The translations under genes and the position numbers were made by a program. The notes beneath the pieces were generated by a model, which was given only the letters and a program-made list of their open reading frames with translations, searched no databases and was not told the DNA's origin. Positions 22,086 through 33,249 of a DNA stretch of 64,000 nucleotides are shown piece by piece. Each line of letters opens with the position of its first letter. Position 1 is the first letter of the stretch. Origin of the DNA: Pelagomonas calceolata (Eukaryota); the NCBI GenBank assembly GCA_918797485.1, contig CAKKNE010000005.1, positions 2,170,001 to 2,234,000 on the forward strand, given 5' to 3'.

Positions 22086-23477
22086 CTAAACATTATCACA
22101 AACCCCACCACGCGCCGCGAAGAGGTCCTCGTGGTGGCGCCGCGCGTCGACGCGCACCAGGAGCTTCTTCAGCGTCGTGTCGTTGACCGCGTCGAAGGCC
22201 TCGGTGTGGCGCGTCGGGTGGTTCACGGCGTCCACGTACCAGTCCTTCACGTAGGGTAACGATAACAGCGGCCGCGGGGCGGACCCGGCATGAGGCAGGC
22301 CGCCGTGGCGCGTGCGCAGATCATAGATATATGCGTCGCCAGAATTGGAGATGGCGGGCCGCGTCCGGAGTTCCGTGTCGCGTAGTCTCGAAATATGAGA
22401 CCCGAGCTCGAATTGCGTACCGCCGTTCTTTTTGGGGTCCAGTGGTACCAAGGGTACAATTGCTATGGCCCCATGGGCTGGAAGCTGAGGCAGCTCCCCT
22501 TGCCGCCTTAATACGTCCACAATCTCCGACGTGTCCGCGTGGTGGTCCTGCAGGGCCGCGCCGGGGTAGGCCACGACCGAGGAAATCGCATCTAATTCCA
22601 CACCGGCCGTGCCGAGCGCCAGGCCTATCAGAGGGTGGAGCACGGGGTGCGCGACGACGCTCGCGTTCAGCGCCAATGCCGGCAACTCGACCTCGAAGCG
22701 GTTCTGGCCCCGGCCTCGGACGCGAGGATCGCTCAAAGCCGCGGCAGCGAGGCCTTTCCCGCCCTGACCGGCCTCGAAGGATGATCGGGTAGCAGCTTCT
22801 AGCTGTGCAACTGCTTGGAGCGTGTCTTCGTCAATTAGCTCGCCCAGGGATACGACGCCGCAGATCCGAAGCGCCGCGTAGAAGCGCCGCGCGATGCGTG
22901 GTGAGAACATTCGCACACCCTCGACGCGGACGCCTTGCAAGTCGTCACAGTACGTAGCGACGGCGTCCGCCGCGGCCGGCGCCTGGCCCCGGTCCGCATC
23001 CAAAGCGGCGAGCGCGCGCAGCGCCGCGCCTTCGGCTTTGTCCAGCTCCAGATCGTCAACATAGCAGTCCCCCAGCTCGCCGATGGCGTCCAGGGCTTGC
23101 AGCCCCTTGCCCGCGTGCGCATCCCTCAGATGAAAGTACGCGAGCGAGAGCGCGTGGCGCGCCTCGACGGCGTACTCGCAACTGAGGTCGTAGGCCGCCG
23201 ACCGGAGCAGCGCGTTCCCGAGGTGCCGCCAGGAGTGCGCAAAGAACGGCGCGTGGAAGGCGCCGCGCCACTGGGCTCTTACTGCGGCTTCCAGGGCGCC
23301 GGCGTCACGCGCTTTCAACCCGCGCTTCATCCAGGCCTCCGCTAACGATGGCGTCGAGATCGACGCGTCGGGGGGGAGCTCGTCGGTGCCCCATTTACTT
23401 AGAAATTCTGCGGGCTTGATGTGGTCTTCCGCGGCATATGCCAATAGGAGGAGGAGCGCAAGCCGCATTATCATCAT
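22086..23477 (-). CDS. Secreted TPR-containing PhyH-like 2OG-Fe(II) dioxygenase
   Basis: PGAALQDHHADT, NGGTQFELGSH, YDLRTRHGGLPH. Confidence 0.75.
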   Translation of the reverse strand: MMIMRLALLLLLAYAAEDHIKPAEFLSKWGTDELPPDASISTPSLAEAWMKRGLKARDAGALEAAVRAQWRGAFHAPFFAHSWRHLGNALLRSAAYDLSCEYAVEARHALSLAYFHLRDAHAGKGLQALDAIGELGDCYVDDLELDKAEGAALRALAALDADRGQAPAAADAVATYCDDLQGVRVEGVRMFSPRIARRFYAALRICGVVSLGELIDEDTLQAVAQLEAATRSSFEAGQGGKGLAAAALSDPRVRGRGQNRFEVELPALALNASVVAHPVLHPLIGLALGTAGVELDAISSVVAYPGAALQDHHADTSEIVDVLRRQGELPQLPAHGAIAIVPLVPLDPKKNGGTQFELGSHISRLRDTELRTRPAISNSGDAYIYDLRTRHGGLPHAGSAPRPLLSLPYVKDWYVDAVNHPTRHTEAFDAVNDTTLKKLLVRVDARRHHEDLFAARGGVCDNV

Positions 23478-23638
23478 CGTCTCTGCCTCTGAACTTTGGG
23501 GCAGCCTACCAAACTAGTTGCAATTCTGGGTGCAGCTTCGGCAGCGATGAGTGTTGTGTTTGTTGGCGCCCCGATTCGCGCCCTGCTGTCGTCCGGGCTG
23601 CGCTTGCACAGTCTGTGTGTGCTCGCAAAAATTTTGCA

Positions 23639-23660
23639 GCTAGCGTATAAGACCACTAGC
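23639..23660 (-). promoter_or_regulatory. CTAG-bounded upstream motif
   Basis: Reverse complement gctagtggtcttatacgctagc between divergent genes. Confidence 0.55.
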
Positions 23661-23881
23661 CGATCAGCAAAACTCTCGACTTGCACCGGCCGTACCTCGT
23701 CGCACGAGCAACGTACGGCTTGACCAGTGCGTGGAGAGCTAGTTTACAAGCTCGACCAGCACCTTGTGCACTGAGTACGCGTGTGGGTGCCCAGTTGCGG
23801 CGGCAGAGCCAACACAGCGAAATCTCGCCGACAGCGCTCGCGGCGCGCAACCACAGAGACAAGAGCTAAAACAAAGCCAAG

Positions 23882-26194
23882 ATGCCGTCCGCCCCGCAAA
23901 TCCAGCAGACGGGCAAGTTCTCCGTCTTTGATAGACCAGGCGTGAAACAACACGCGCGCACGACGGGAGGAAGGTTGACGACGGCGTCGGCGGGCAAGAT
24001 CGAGCAGACGGAGGGCGTTCACATCGGCGGCGCGTTCACGCCGGAGCCCAAACCCGCCTTCACGGCGCACCGCGAAAGTGTGTGGGATCAAGCCGCCGCC
24101 AGACGAGCGGCGCAGCCCGCCCCAGAAAAAAAGCCCATCACGATCACCTTGCCGGACGGGAACACGAAGGAGGGTGTGGCGTTCGAGACCTCGCCTTTGA
24201 CGATAGCGTTGGGTATTTCCAAGCAGCTGGCCGGGCGGATGTGCTGCGCACGAGTCACCTACGCCTCAAATGTTAAAATTACGTCGGTGGCCATCAACCA
24301 ATTTGATGAGGACGACGACGTGCAATCAGATGTCGACAAGGCCTTGCTCTGGGATTTGGCAAGGCCTTTGGAGGGCGATTGCACGCTCGAGCTCCTAGGC
24401 TTCGACAGTCCAGAAGGTAAAATGGTCTTCTGGCACTCGGCGGCCCACTTGCTCGGCGCGGCCCTAGAACAGAAGTACGGCGCGAAACTAAGCATAGGAC
24501 CACCCGTCGAAGGAGGTTTTTATTATGATGCCTACATGGGTACGTCGTCGGTATCAGATAAGGAGTTCAAGGAGCTCCAGCAGATGGTCACGAAGATGTG
24601 CAACGCCAAGCACAAGTTCGAGCGCCTCGCGCTGACGAAGGAAGAGCTCCTGGAGATGTTTGCCTATAATCCTTTTAAGACGGCTATCATACAAAGTAAG
24701 GTACCGGATGGGAGCATGACGACGGCCTATCGGTCGGGGCCGATCATCGACCTGTGCATGGGTCCCCACGTCCCCGATTCGGGGCGAGTCAAGGCTTTCG
24801 AGGTGTTGCGAGCTTCTAGCGCTTATTGGTTAGGCAAGGCCGAGAATGACGCCTTACAAAGGGTATATGGTGTAGCATTTCCGGATAAAAAAGAAATGAC
24901 GAAGTGGAAGAAGTTCCAGCAGGAGGCGGCGAAACGAGATCATCGGAAAGTCGGTGCTGCGCAGAAACTGTTCTTTTTTGACGCGCTTAGTCCTGGCTCG
25001 GCCTTCATGGAGCCCCATGGTGCTAGAATATACACTGGTCTGATAGCTTTCATCAGAGATCAATATTGGTTGCGGGAGTACACGGAGGTCGTCACACCGA
25101 ACGTCTACAACTTCGATCTATGGCACACGTCCGGCCACGCGCTCCACTATAAAGATGACATGTTCTGCTTCGAGGTGGAAGGCCAGGAGTTCGGCATGAA
25201 GCCCATGAACTGCCCGGGGCACTGCCTCATGTTCAAGCACGACGTGAGGAGCTGGCGCGACCTGCCGATGAGATACGCTGACTTTGGCGTGTTACACAGA
25301 AACGAGTTATCTGGAGCATTAACAGGCCTCACGAGAGTCCGACGGTTCCAGCAGGACGACGGGCACATCTTTTGTAGAGATGATCAAATAGAGGAAGAGG
25401 TCAAGGGTGCCCTCGAGTTCATGAAGTATGTGTACGGTATCTTTGGCATGGGCTACAAGTTGGAGTTGAGTACGCGACCGAAGAAGGCTCTGGGGGATAT
25501 ATCTTTGTGGAACCGGGCCGAAGCAGCATTAGCTTCAGCCATGGATGATTTCGCGGGCAAGGGCGGGTGGCGCGTGAACCCGGGCGACGGCGCGTTTTAT
25601 GGACCGAAGATCGATATTAAAGTTACTGATGCTCTCGATCGGGTCCATCAATGCGCCACGATCCAGCTCGACTTTCAGTTGCCTATTAGATTCGATCTGA
25701 AGTACCGAGGCGGTGACGAAACGACAGAGGAAAAAAGACCCATTATTATACATCGGGCCATGCTCGGTTCTGTTGAGAGAATGATGGCCGTGCTCACGGA
25801 GCACTGGGGCGGCAAGTGGCCCTTCTGGATCTCGCCTAGACAATGTATCGTCGTGCCCGTCGGTCCCAGTCATATCGAGTATGCCAAAAAAGTGCGGGCG
25901 CAGATTCGCGCGGCTCGGTTCTACGTCGATTGCGATGATAGTGGCCATACCCTACCGAAGAAAATCAGAAATGCGCAATTGGCGCAGTACAACTTTATAC
26001 TGGTGGTTGGAGACAATGAAATAGCCGAGAACGCGGTCGCGGTGCGCACGCGCGCGAACACCGTCGAGGGCACGATGCCGGTTTCGGACTTTATCGCGCG
26101 GTGCGTCGAGCTGCGGGACACGAAGGCGAAGGACCCGCCGCCTCCCGATATTCCTGAGCCGGCCAAGGGCAAGGGCGGGGGGAAGAAGAAGTAG
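23882..26194 (+). CDS. TARS: Threonyl-tRNA synthetase, cytosolic type
   Basis: TGS domain, FWHSAAHLLG, DLCMGPH, KPMNCPGHC, GLTRVRRFQQDDGHIFC, AFYGPKID. Confidence 0.97.
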   Translation: MPSAPQIQQTGKFSVFDRPGVKQHARTTGGRLTTASAGKIEQTEGVHIGGAFTPEPKPAFTAHRESVWDQAAARRAAQPAPEKKPITITLPDGNTKEGVAFETSPLTIALGISKQLAGRMCCARVTYASNVKITSVAINQFDEDDDVQSDVDKALLWDLARPLEGDCTLELLGFDSPEGKMVFWHSAAHLLGAALEQKYGAKLSIGPPVEGGFYYDAYMGTSSVSDKEFKELQQMVTKMCNAKHKFERLALTKEELLEMFAYNPFKTAIIQSKVPDGSMTTAYRSGPIIDLCMGPHVPDSGRVKAFEVLRASSAYWLGKAENDALQRVYGVAFPDKKEMTKWKKFQQEAAKRDHRKVGAAQKLFFFDALSPGSAFMEPHGARIYTGLIAFIRDQYWLREYTEVVTPNVYNFDLWHTSGHALHYKDDMFCFEVEGQEFGMKPMNCPGHCLMFKHDVRSWRDLPMRYADFGVLHRNELSGALTGLTRVRRFQQDDGHIFCRDDQIEEEVKGALEFMKYVYGIFGMGYKLELSTRPKKALGDISLWNRAEAALASAMDDFAGKGGWRVNPGDGAFYGPKIDIKVTDALDRVHQCATIQLDFQLPIRFDLKYRGGDETTEEKRPIIIHRAMLGSVERMMAVLTEHWGGKWPFWISPRQCIVVPVGPSHIEYAKKVRAQIRAARFYVDCDDSGHTLPKKIRNAQLAQYNFILVVGDNEIAENAVAVRTRANTVEGTMPVSDFIARCVELRDTKAKDPPPPDIPEPAKGKGGGKKK

Positions 26195-26254
26195 TCTCCT
26201 GGGGGGCTTTTCCCGCCATATATAAGGTGGGCTTTACTTGGTTTTATTAGGTCG

Positions 26255-27415
26255 TTACAAGCTACCGAATCGAGCGGCGAGGTCGTCGGCCTCCGACGAC
26301 GGCGTCTCGCGGGCGCGGAGCGCGGCTCGCGCGAGTAGCAATCTGCCCTCGATCTCCACAGTGTCCGGGTGCGCGCCGCCGAACACGCGCCGCACGGTCC
26401 GTGCCGTGTTCTCGAGCGTCGTCACGGCCTCGCGAAGATCGTCGAGCGTGGCGCCGGGGTCCTCGAAGAGCGCCCGCGCGTAAATCCACCTCATCTTGAG
26501 CGTGAGCTCCTCACTCTCTCCAAGAACGCGCCGCGCCACGGGTATCATTTTGCGCAGCAGCGACCTGGCTTCTTGGTAGCGTTGTAGCTTTACAAGGGTC
26601 GACGCGTAGTTGTTGGCTGCTAAGAGAGTGTGTTGATGTTCTCCGAAGAGCCTTAAACATACGGAGTAGACCTCTCGCTGCAGGTCCAGTGCCTGTTCAT
26701 GCTGTCCGAACGCCCGATACGTCATCGCAAGATTGCTCTGCGCGCCGAGAATGTTTTCTACTGGTGCGCCAACGCGCCGCAGCATAGACAATTCGGCTTG
26801 TTTCACGGACAGCGCGGCATCGTGGTGGTTCGCAGCGGTTAAACCGAGCCCAAGCTGGTTCATTGCGTTGCACCGGATCTCATCCGCCTCCGGCCGCCCC
26901 AAGTACGTCTTCCAGCACGCCCACCCGAGCGCGCATCGTACGACGCCATGGTACATTTGCTCGCACAAACTACACGTGTGCCAACGATTATACCTCGCAT
27001 TCTTCGCCTTCCAGTCCAAATTGTTTTCCTCGGCCTCCGCGTACAAAAGCTTCGCCTGCTCCGCCAAACACGACACGTGCGCGAACCCCGCCGTCCCGCG
27101 GCACGCACACATGCGCACGAGGCCCTCCTTCGTCTTCCAATGGAGGGCCTGCGTGCAGATGTAACACGTCTGACCCTTGGTGTCTTCGGCGCACGCCTCC
27201 GCCGCGACGGCGACGGCCTCCGAGTACTTCCTATTTGCGTTGTATTGCTCCGCGCCGCCTGTTTTTTTGATTTTTTTGCAGAGCTCTTTGTGCCCGCCGT
27301 CCCAATGCTGCTTTTGGCATGCAGGCCCGCAGTAGCGTGTGCTACAGCGGCCGCATTTCTTCCCCAAGGCTAGGCCCAGCGGGGCGGCGCAGGCGGCGCA
27401 GTTTGTGAGGATCAT
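26255..27415 (-). CDS. MYND zinc finger plus RINGv plus TPR protein
   Basis: CGRCSTRYCGPACQKQHW, CYIC...CACRGTAGFAHVSCL, kinesin-light-chain-like TPRs. Confidence 0.85.
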   Translation of the reverse strand: MILTNCAACAAPLGLALGKKCGRCSTRYCGPACQKQHWDGGHKELCKKIKKTGGAEQYNANRKYSEAVAVAAEACAEDTKGQTCYICTQALHWKTKEGLVRMCACRGTAGFAHVSCLAEQAKLLYAEAEENNLDWKAKNARYNRWHTCSLCEQMYHGVVRCALGWACWKTYLGRPEADEIRCNAMNQLGLGLTAANHHDAALSVKQAELSMLRRVGAPVENILGAQSNLAMTYRAFGQHEQALDLQREVYSVCLRLFGEHQHTLLAANNYASTLVKLQRYQEARSLLRKMIPVARRVLGESEELTLKMRWIYARALFEDPGATLDDLREAVTTLENTARTVRRVFGGAHPDTVEIEGRLLLARAALRARETPSSEADDLAARFGSL

Positions 27416-27481
27416 CTTGGCCTGGCGGTTAGGTGTTTGCGAGGTCGCGTGAGGGTGGTTTAGCTGTGCCTAGGCGACATT

Positions 27482-27505
27482 GCTAGTATCTTACAGGACG
27501 CTAGC
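27482..27505 (+). promoter_or_regulatory. CTAG-bounded upstream motif
   Basis: gctagtatcttacaggacgctagc, centred in a 157-bp divergent intergenic gap. Confidence 0.65.
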
Positions 27506-27572
27506 TCCAGTGGCGCGGCTAACTCAACGCCGTCGGCGAGCCAAAGCCAGAGAAATCGTCAAAAAGACAGCC

Positions 27573-28538
27573 ATGCATCGCCTGCACCGGCTCCTCCCGC
27601 GCGTCGCACTGGCAACCTCGCCGCTGCTGGCAGGAGGCCTCGCCACCAAGACGCCGGCCAGGAGCCAGTCCACCGCAACGCAAAAAACGCTGCGCGTGGC
27701 CGTCGTGCAGATGCTCGTGGGCAGCGACAAAGCAACAAACCTCAAGAACGCCGAACGGCTAGTCAATCAAGCCTGCGACGGCAACGCGGACGTCGTCGTC
27801 CTCCCAGAGATCTGGAACTCGCCCTACGCCGTCGACCAGTTTCGAAAACACGCGGAGCCCATTGGTCATGAATGCGGCCCGTCCGTTTCATTGTTAAAGA
27901 CGCTCGCGAAGGAGCGGAACGTCTGGATCGTTGGTGGGAGCGTGCCCGAGCTTTCTGATGATAAGGTGTACAACACCTCTCCCATTATTAATTCGGACGG
28001 TGTTCTCGTGGAGAAGCACCGCAAGGTGCACTTGTTCGATATCGATGTCCCCGGAAAGATCCGATTCTTCGAGTCCGAGACGTTGACGGGCGGAGATAGT
28101 GCCACAGTAACACCATTAACTGAGGAGCATGCGCTGGGCGTGGCCATCTGCTACGACGTGCGCTTTCCCGAGTTGGCCATCACGATGCGCAAGAAGGGCG
28201 CTTCCATATTAGTGTATCCCGGTGCGTTCAACACCGTCACGGGCCCGCCGCACTGGGAGTTGTTAGCTCGCGCGAGGGCTCTGGACGCGCAGGCCTTTGT
28301 TGTGTGTGCGTCGCCGGCGCGGAACCCGGATTCCGCGTACCAGGCGTACGGCCACTCCGTCGTCGTCGACCCGTGGGGCGCGCCTCTGGAAAGGTGCGCG
28401 GGCCACGGCGAGGAGATTTTGTTTGCGGACCTGGATCTAACGAGGGTGGCGGAAGTCCGAAACTCCATGAAGCTGCTGGACCAGCGGCGGCCCGACGTGT
28501 ACGGCACGTTTATTGAAGGGGTCGACTGGAAGGAGTAA
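27573..28538 (+). CDS. NIT2: Omega-amidase (nitrilase family)
   Basis: LPEIWNSPY, HRKVHLFDIDVPGKIRFFESETL, ICYDVRFPE, PGAFNTVTGPPHWELL. Confidence 0.9.
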   Translation: MHRLHRLLPRVALATSPLLAGGLATKTPARSQSTATQKTLRVAVVQMLVGSDKATNLKNAERLVNQACDGNADVVVLPEIWNSPYAVDQFRKHAEPIGHECGPSVSLLKTLAKERNVWIVGGSVPELSDDKVYNTSPIINSDGVLVEKHRKVHLFDIDVPGKIRFFESETLTGGDSATVTPLTEEHALGVAICYDVRFPELAITMRKKGASILVYPGAFNTVTGPPHWELLARARALDAQAFVVCASPARNPDSAYQAYGHSVVVDPWGAPLERCAGHGEEILFADLDLTRVAEVRNSMKLLDQRRPDVYGTFIEGVDWKE

Positions 28539-28559
28539 TCAGTAACAAGTGTGGTTAGG

Positions 28560-29239
28560 TCACGCGGCGATCGGCGCGGGGAGCGAGTCCTCGCGCCGCA
28601 TGCACGACAGCAGGAGCATCGCCGCGTTCGCGTCGGACTCGGTCCGCGCGCGTTTTTGGAGGGGCTCCGCGCGCGCGTGGCGCCGCCGGGGCGCCGGCGC
28701 CGGCGCGCGCTCGCGCTTGCGGCGCGAGAGCGGGCGCAGCTCGAGGAGGCTCTCGGTCCGCGTCGTCGCCTCGCCGACGACCTTGTGGTACTTGAGGCCC
28801 TGCGGTTGTTGTGCGCCGCGGGCCGGCGTCCAGCCGACGCGGTGGTAGCCGAAGTTGTTGAGCTGCCGCTGGAAGGACGCGAGCTTCGCCGTGCGGTAGT
28901 AGTTCGGGAGGAGCTTCTCGAGGTCCGGCGGCGACGGGATGCAGAGGATGCCATTTTCGTCGAAGCTGATGACGTCGGGGTGGTCGCTGATGAGCTGGAC
29001 GAGCTGGCGCATGAACGACCTGTGCATAAATCAACCAGTGAGTCGGGTGCTCGGCGGCGACGCCCGCGGCCGTGATAACTGAATCGAGCGGCGAGGAACT
29101 GGCCTCGCCACGCCATCGAGCAGGGTTGCGTCGATGGCGTGGTCCACGCGACGAGTCCGCACCAACGCGCAAACTTTGATTTATGCACAGTGGACGACGT
29201 CGACTTGCGGCCGCGGCCGCCCGCGTTGCTGGAAGCCAT
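28560..29239 (-). CDS. HSF-type DNA-binding transcription factor (exons 29239-29199, 29019-28560)
   Basis: LLPNYYRTAKLASFQRQLNNFGY; splicing gives MASSNAGGRGRKSTSFMRQL. Confidence 0.85.
29012..29198 (-). mobile_element. Introner element (element 29020-29190; GT-AG intron 29198-29020)
   Basis: Perfect 15-bp TIR CTGTGCATAAATCAA; 8-bp TSD TGAACGAC/TGGACGAC (7/8 match). Confidence 0.92.
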
Positions 29240-29624
29240 GTTGTCGCGCGCCTCGTTGACGGCGTGGGGCCTGCGGCGGGTGAAGCGCGTGTTTTTAGGG
29301 CTTGCGAGCTCGCGGCGTCGGCTATCAAAATATCTGATGCAAAGGTGCCGGATCCAGCGCGCAGTTTTCGCTAATTGCGGTCGTCTCAGGACACGGCGAT
29401 TGCACGTCTTGATCTCGCTAGTATACTGTCGCTACTCCGCAAGTGCGAAGCCCGCGAGCCCGCGAACTTGGTGGGAATTGCCGTCGCTTTTGTTCGCTAT
29501 TCTTGGCTGACTATGAGGTTTTCGCGAGCCCTCCTTGAGCCGTCGGAACCCGTTTGCGTGCTTCAGGAGACATCCCATCCCCGTGACAGTTGCTTTCGGC
29601 GCCCCTGGGCCTGCTTGCTCATCC

Positions 29625-29646
29625 CTAGTGTCTTACAGGCCGCTAG
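29625..29646 (+). promoter_or_regulatory. CTAG-bounded upstream motif
   Basis: ctagtgtcttacaggccgctag, identical core to the copies at 7312 and 60082. Confidence 0.65.
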
Positions 29647-29734
29647 GTTTGCGGGCCTTGGCTTTTACCACCGCAAACGAAGGCTTACGCATCGATTCTG
29701 CGCTCAAGATTTTAAGGAGCAGCATTTTGCAGCT

Positions 29735-31749
29735 ATGCAGCCAGTCGCAGCCTTCATCCTCCAAGAGATCAAGGGCCAATTCCTCGCATCCATCCCCCAC
29801 CTGGCAGTCATGCTCGTCGCGTTAACTTTGCAGAGTTTCATGATACCAATAGGCTCCGCAAAAATCCTCGACGACGCTGGAGACGACCTCACGGAACGAA
29901 TCAAGTACCTCGCCGCCTATCAATTACTGGCGGTCGCATGCAACGCCCTCCAACGGCGCTTATCAGAAGGCAGAGCGCACGCCCAGCGCAGCCGACTGCA
30001 AGCCCAGGGCTACGAGCGCGTGCTGCGATTGGACGATAGCGAACTAGATGATGCGAAGGTCGGCGAGCTCGTCCAAACGTTAAGAGATCCGGGCGCGGCC
30101 TGGCTCGCCTGCGAGTTCCCCGCGGCGGCGCTGAACGCCCTGGTCAAGTTAGTCGGTGGCGCGTGGGCCATGCGGCGGGCGGACGCGCACCTCGCCGCCG
30201 TCGGTCTGGCTTCTGCACCCTTGTTGTTTCTCGTGCAGAAGGCTCGGTCGAAGCTGGCGCGGCGCGCGACGCGCAAGACCCAGGCCCTGGAAGCGGACGC
30301 GCTAGCTCGCGTGTCCGAGGCCCTGGGGCTGCGGTCCACGGTGAGAGCTCATGGCGCCGAGCTGTGTGGAAATCAAGCAGTGAGTTAGGTTATCCTGAGA
30401 ATATTGCGCGGACCTTTGTGACTCTCCACGCCATCGAGCAGAGGCTGTTACGAGGACAACGTCGCGTCGATGGCGTAAAATCTCCACGCCATCGAGCAGA
30501 CGCAGCTACGGAGACAACCTCGCGACGATGGGTGGGGCGCCTGAAGTTTGATTTCCACACAGGCGCCGAGCCCCTCGAGGCGCGCCAGTTCCAGGGCGCC
30601 GTCGATAAAGTAATAAAGCAGCACACGAAAACCCTCAAAAAGGACGTGCGCCTGTCAGCCGGCGCGGAGATCGTTGTCGCGGCGGGAGAGCTCGCGCTAC
30701 TCATGGCGGCAGCGAAACGGCGGGCCAGTGGCGGGTTAGGATTGGGCGCCTACGCGGCCTTCCGCGCCGCCCTACTCCAGTACCAGCGCGGGCTGCGCGA
30801 GACGACGAAGGCGGCGAACAAGGCCGCGCGCGGCGTCGGCGCCGCGGAGCGCTACGTCGCCCTCGTCCACGGATCGTCAGTGATCCTCGACGGCGTGGGC
30901 CGCGAACCGAGTTCAGAAGTGGCGCCTTCTATAGAATTCGAGGACGTCGTCTTCGCCTACGACGCGAAGGCGCCGCGGCCCGTGCTCCGGGGTCTCAAAT
31001 TATTAATGGAGCCGGGCGCAACGACGGCGCTCGTGGGGCCGTCGGGCTCCGGGAAGTCGACGGTGGCGCGGTTGTTATTGAGGCTGCGCGACCCGGCGGG
31101 AGGCCGCGTTCTGGTCGACGGCGTCGACGTGAGAGACCTCGACGCGCTCGCGCACCGCCGGCGGATTGGGGTTGTGCCCCAGGAACCGCAGTTGTTCAAC
31201 CGAAGCGTCGCCGAGAACGTGGCCTACGGCATGGAGCCGGCGCCTCCCATAGAGCTCATCGAAGCTGCTTGTGTCAAAGCGGGCGTCGATACTGTAATCA
31301 GCAAGCTGCCGGAGGGCTACTCTACAAAATGCGGTGAAAGGGAGACGCGGCTGAGCGGCGGCGAGAAGCAGCGCGTGGCCCTGGCGCGGGCGCTGGTGCG
31401 AGACCCGCGGATTCTGCTGTTAGATGAGGCCACGTCGGCCCTGGACGCGGCGACGGAGCGCCGCGTCCAGGCGGCGTTGGAAGCCGCCGCGGCGGGGCGA
31501 ACCACTCTTGTCGTGGCGCACCGATTGGCGACAATACGCCGCGCGGATGCGATCGTCGTGCTGGACGCTGGCCGAGTGATCGAGCGCGGCACGCACGCCC
31601 AGCTGATGAAGAAGAAGGGCGCGTACAAGGCGCTCGTGGAGGCTCAGGCCGGCGGCGACGAGCGCCACGTCGAGCGGACGGTCCCGGCGCCGCCGATCGT
31701 CCTCCTCTCGAATATATCGTCGGACGACGAGGGGGACTGTGTGTGGTGA
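29735..31749 (+). CDS. ABCB-type half transporter (exons 29735-30353, 30563-31749)
   Basis: TM domain; Walker A GPSGSGKST, LSGGEKQR, LLLDEATSALD, VAHRL; splicing gives HGAEPLEARQF; start uncertain. Confidence 0.88.
30354..30570 (+). mobile_element. Introner element (element 30362-30562; GC-AG intron 30354-30562)
   Basis: Perfect 15-bp TIR CTGTGTGGAAATCAA; perfect 8-bp TSD GCGCCGAG. Confidence 0.95.
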
Positions 31750-31764
31750 TAAGTGTTGTAACAA

Positions 31765-33126
31765 TTACAGGATCGGTCCTCCCCCCGTCAGATTCGACAA
31801 ATCCACAAGACAAGACCGAAGAGGCCTCACGTGGGGCAGCCACAGGAACCGCAGCCGCCCCAGCGGGTACCACGGTTTTCTAGTACCGGTAAAGTGGCGG
31901 ATCTTCGGTCGAGAAAGGCATACCGGATCCGCGTGCATGGCGGTCCCGCTCCGGCCGCCGTGGATCGGGCAATTCCAGCTGACGTCAATGGGATAGTAGT
32001 TCGACGCCACCGCTAATGTTAAAGGTGTTTGTGTGGGATGGTCGCTCAAGGTACTGTTCCCTTCGAAGGAGGCCCTAATCCACGCCTCCACCTCCCTCGT
32101 CAGTTTCTGGCGCTTCCACTCGGCAAGATCATAGACCGCAACGCCGGCGTTGAACTCCGCGATTTTTCTCTCCTCATTGTGCCTCGATTGATAAAAGGCT
32201 GATAAAATACGATTGTGCTTCGTTTTTGTGGTGGCCGCTAGGGCGGGTCGTGGCCGTTTCTCTGTTCTACGAGCCTTCCGGTCGTGCTCAGACAACACAG
32301 CTTCGCCCGTGAAGGCTTCGTCGATCAAATGAGCAACATCACCAAACACAGAAACATCAGGGTCGAGGTACGCGACCTTCTTCCCACTCAGCGAGGGAAA
32401 GAGCTCCTCGAGGAAGAAGCGCGCGTAGTTCACCGGTGATGATCTTAACCGTCGAGAGGTCTCGCTCATGGGCTCCTTGCGGTCGTGGCCGAGCACTTTC
32501 GCGACCACATCACTATGTCTCGCGAGGATAGAGGCATCGACCAGCGCGAGTTCGTAGCGTACATTCGGTAGAGCGCATTTCAAGGACTGCTCCAGGACGC
32601 TGCGCGCTCTAGAACCTTCTACTAAATCGGTGGCGAGGTAGAGGCGGAGGTTCTTCGGTTCCGCAGAAGCGTCGACCACCGATCTAGCAGCGGCGACCAA
32701 TCCAAGGGCGTGGGTCCGCCCCGCGGCGATGGCCACGTGCGCAATCGTAGAAGTTTTAGCCTCTTTGGTGAGGGGCGCGGTCGTGTAACACGGCGGCTCC
32801 GACTCGCCACACACTCTTCCACTCTCCACCACATGATTCGCGCAGCACCCGTCGAACAACGAGGGAGGGTTCGAGACGTGGAACCCGCCTATCCCCGTAC
32901 ATGGCTCGTGGCAGAACTCGGCACATCGCCCCGCACAGCAGACGGCGAGCTCTTCCGTCATGAGCCACGGCGCCTTGCACTGGCCGGGCCACTTATCAGG
33001 GGGTCCATTCGTCCGTTGCCCACCCCCATTCTCGTAGACGTAGACGTACTCCGCCGCGACGCGCTTGCGCAGGACGCTCTCGGGAGGTTGCGCGGCGGCT
33101 AGCACGATGCAAAGGGCTGCCCGCAT
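31765..33126 (-). CDS. Glycosyltransferase family 8 (GAUT/GATL-like)
   Basis: NYARFFL, KVAYLDPDV, FNAGVAVYDLAEWK, HFTGTRKPW. Confidence 0.85.
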   Translation of the reverse strand: MRAALCIVLAAAQPPESVLRKRVAAEYVYVYENGGGQRTNGPPDKWPGQCKAPWLMTEELAVCCAGRCAEFCHEPCTGIGGFHVSNPPSLFDGCCANHVVESGRVCGESEPPCYTTAPLTKEAKTSTIAHVAIAAGRTHALGLVAAARSVVDASAEPKNLRLYLATDLVEGSRARSVLEQSLKCALPNVRYELALVDASILARHSDVVAKVLGHDRKEPMSETSRRLRSSPVNYARFFLEELFPSLSGKKVAYLDPDVSVFGDVAHLIDEAFTGEAVLSEHDRKARRTEKRPRPALAATTKTKHNRILSAFYQSRHNEERKIAEFNAGVAVYDLAEWKRQKLTREVEAWIRASFEGNSTLSDHPTQTPLTLAVASNYYPIDVSWNCPIHGGRSGTAMHADPVCLSRPKIRHFTGTRKPWYPLGRLRFLWLPHVRPLRSCLVDLSNLTGGGPIL

Positions 33127-33226
33127 GCGACCGCTGCGGCCGCGGCGACGACGCATGCGGTGCTACAGCAAGTTCTAACGGCCGTGCGCCGCGAGGCCAG
33201 CTGCATTCATGAAATTTTGTAGGTTT

Positions 33227-33249
33227 CTAGTGCCTTATAGGTCGCTAGC
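33227..33249 (+). promoter_or_regulatory. CTAG-bounded upstream motif
   Basis: ctagtgccttataggtcgctagc between divergent genes. Confidence 0.55.

Noticed and set aside
3279..33126. Glycan-modification gene cluster (sulfotransferase, lectin, CAS1, GT8)
   Set aside because: Scattered over 30 kb among unrelated housekeeping genes; no evidence of clustering
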